DNA from: an uncultured Planctomycetaceae bacterium
Lineage (GTDB): Bacteria > Planctomycetota > Planctomycetia > Isosphaerales > Isosphaeraceae
Direction of reading: 5' to 3'
Assembly (NCBI GenBank): GCA_963833985.1
Contig: CAWIAD010000002.1
Coordinates: 4,224,001-4,288,000 of the forward strand
DNA: 64,000 bases
Below are positions 62,523 through 64,000 of this stretch, piece by piece. Below the pieces are notes generated by a model, which was not told the DNA's origin, did not search any database, and was given only the letters and a program-made list of their open reading frames with translations. Within the stretch, counting starts at the first letter, position 1; every line of letters starts with the position of its first letter. Made by a program: the position numbers and the translations under genes.

Positions 62523-62921
62523 ATGAAACACGTTCAACTCCCCGCGTTGTTCTTGCTTGCCGCCCTCTGCTGGACAAGACCGGCACAGGCCCAGATTGGC
62601 ATCCTGTCGCTCGTGCCCGGCATGGAGCCCGGGCCCCAGGCGCAGCACCCGTTTGACGCGGCGAGGAAACAGAACACGGCCCCCGCTCCCCCTCCGCTGT
62701 CTCTCATCGGGCCGGTGCACACCACACACTCCGCGCAGCATGCGGCCGCGTCCGTTGTTCCGGGGCTCGCCGACCGGTATGGACGGGCCGATCTGTCGGG
62801 CAAGCCCATTTCCGGCTACCCCGCCATCCGAGGCGTCCTGCAAGGTCCAGGTGCGATGCACGTTGCGCGCGGGGGTGCGAACGGGCACGGGCGCCGGGCA
62901 CCGGCGAACAAGAAGAAATAA
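62523..62921 (+). CDS. Hypothetical exported protein
   Basis: GGAG RBS and signal peptide MKHVQLPALFLLAALCWTRPAQA. Confidence 0.55.
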   Translation: MKHVQLPALFLLAALCWTRPAQAQIGILSLVPGMEPGPQAQHPFDAARKQNTAPAPPPLSLIGPVHTTHSAQHAAASVVPGLADRYGRADLSGKPISGYPAIRGVLQGPGAMHVARGGANGHGRRAPANKKK

Positions 62922-63016
62922 CCGGTCCGGCACCCCGCGGTTCTGCCGCGACCAGGCGGGCGGGTGCCGCAAGACCCGACCGCGGCCTGGTGATGCCGGC
63001 CCGTACCCCACTGGCA

Positions 63017-64000
<984 letters not shown>

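Overview
GC-rich chromosomal segment of a Planctomycete, probably Isosphaeraceae-like. The assignment rests on lineage-typical genes: DUF1559 prepilin-like protein, DUF4058, a PVC-type CxxCH heme protein, LExRxLL-leader proteins and a giant membrane-anchored ECF sigma factor. About 45 CDSs are supported. They include a 5'-truncated STAND/NB-ARC-TPR protein with ten near-identical 120-bp repeats, a lepA-lepB-lepB-lptB operon, phoB/phoR-like genes flanking csrA and trxB, a TolC-EmrA-EmrB efflux set, csbD/DUF1328, trmB, hisE, mnmA, glgC, an ABC-2 exporter, a type IV pilin, a sigma54 activator and the 3' part of clpB. I found no tRNA, rRNA, CRISPR array or transposase. At least a dozen genes, including normally essential ones, carry single-base frameshifts, mostly in short homopolymers; I read these as assembly errors. 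Best candidate for an undescribed system: a P1B metal ATPase apparently fused to an HflK-type SPFH domain, followed by two more SPFH genes with no ftsH nearby (22367-27387). Other notable items: a 74-aa leader-plus-polyproline microprotein, a two-copy GTAG-REP/REPIN-like element, three sigma54 -24/-12 sites, and a CxxC-less thioredoxin-fold protein divergent from an ECF sigma-TlpA fusion. All calls come from motif recognition by eye; no database searches were run.
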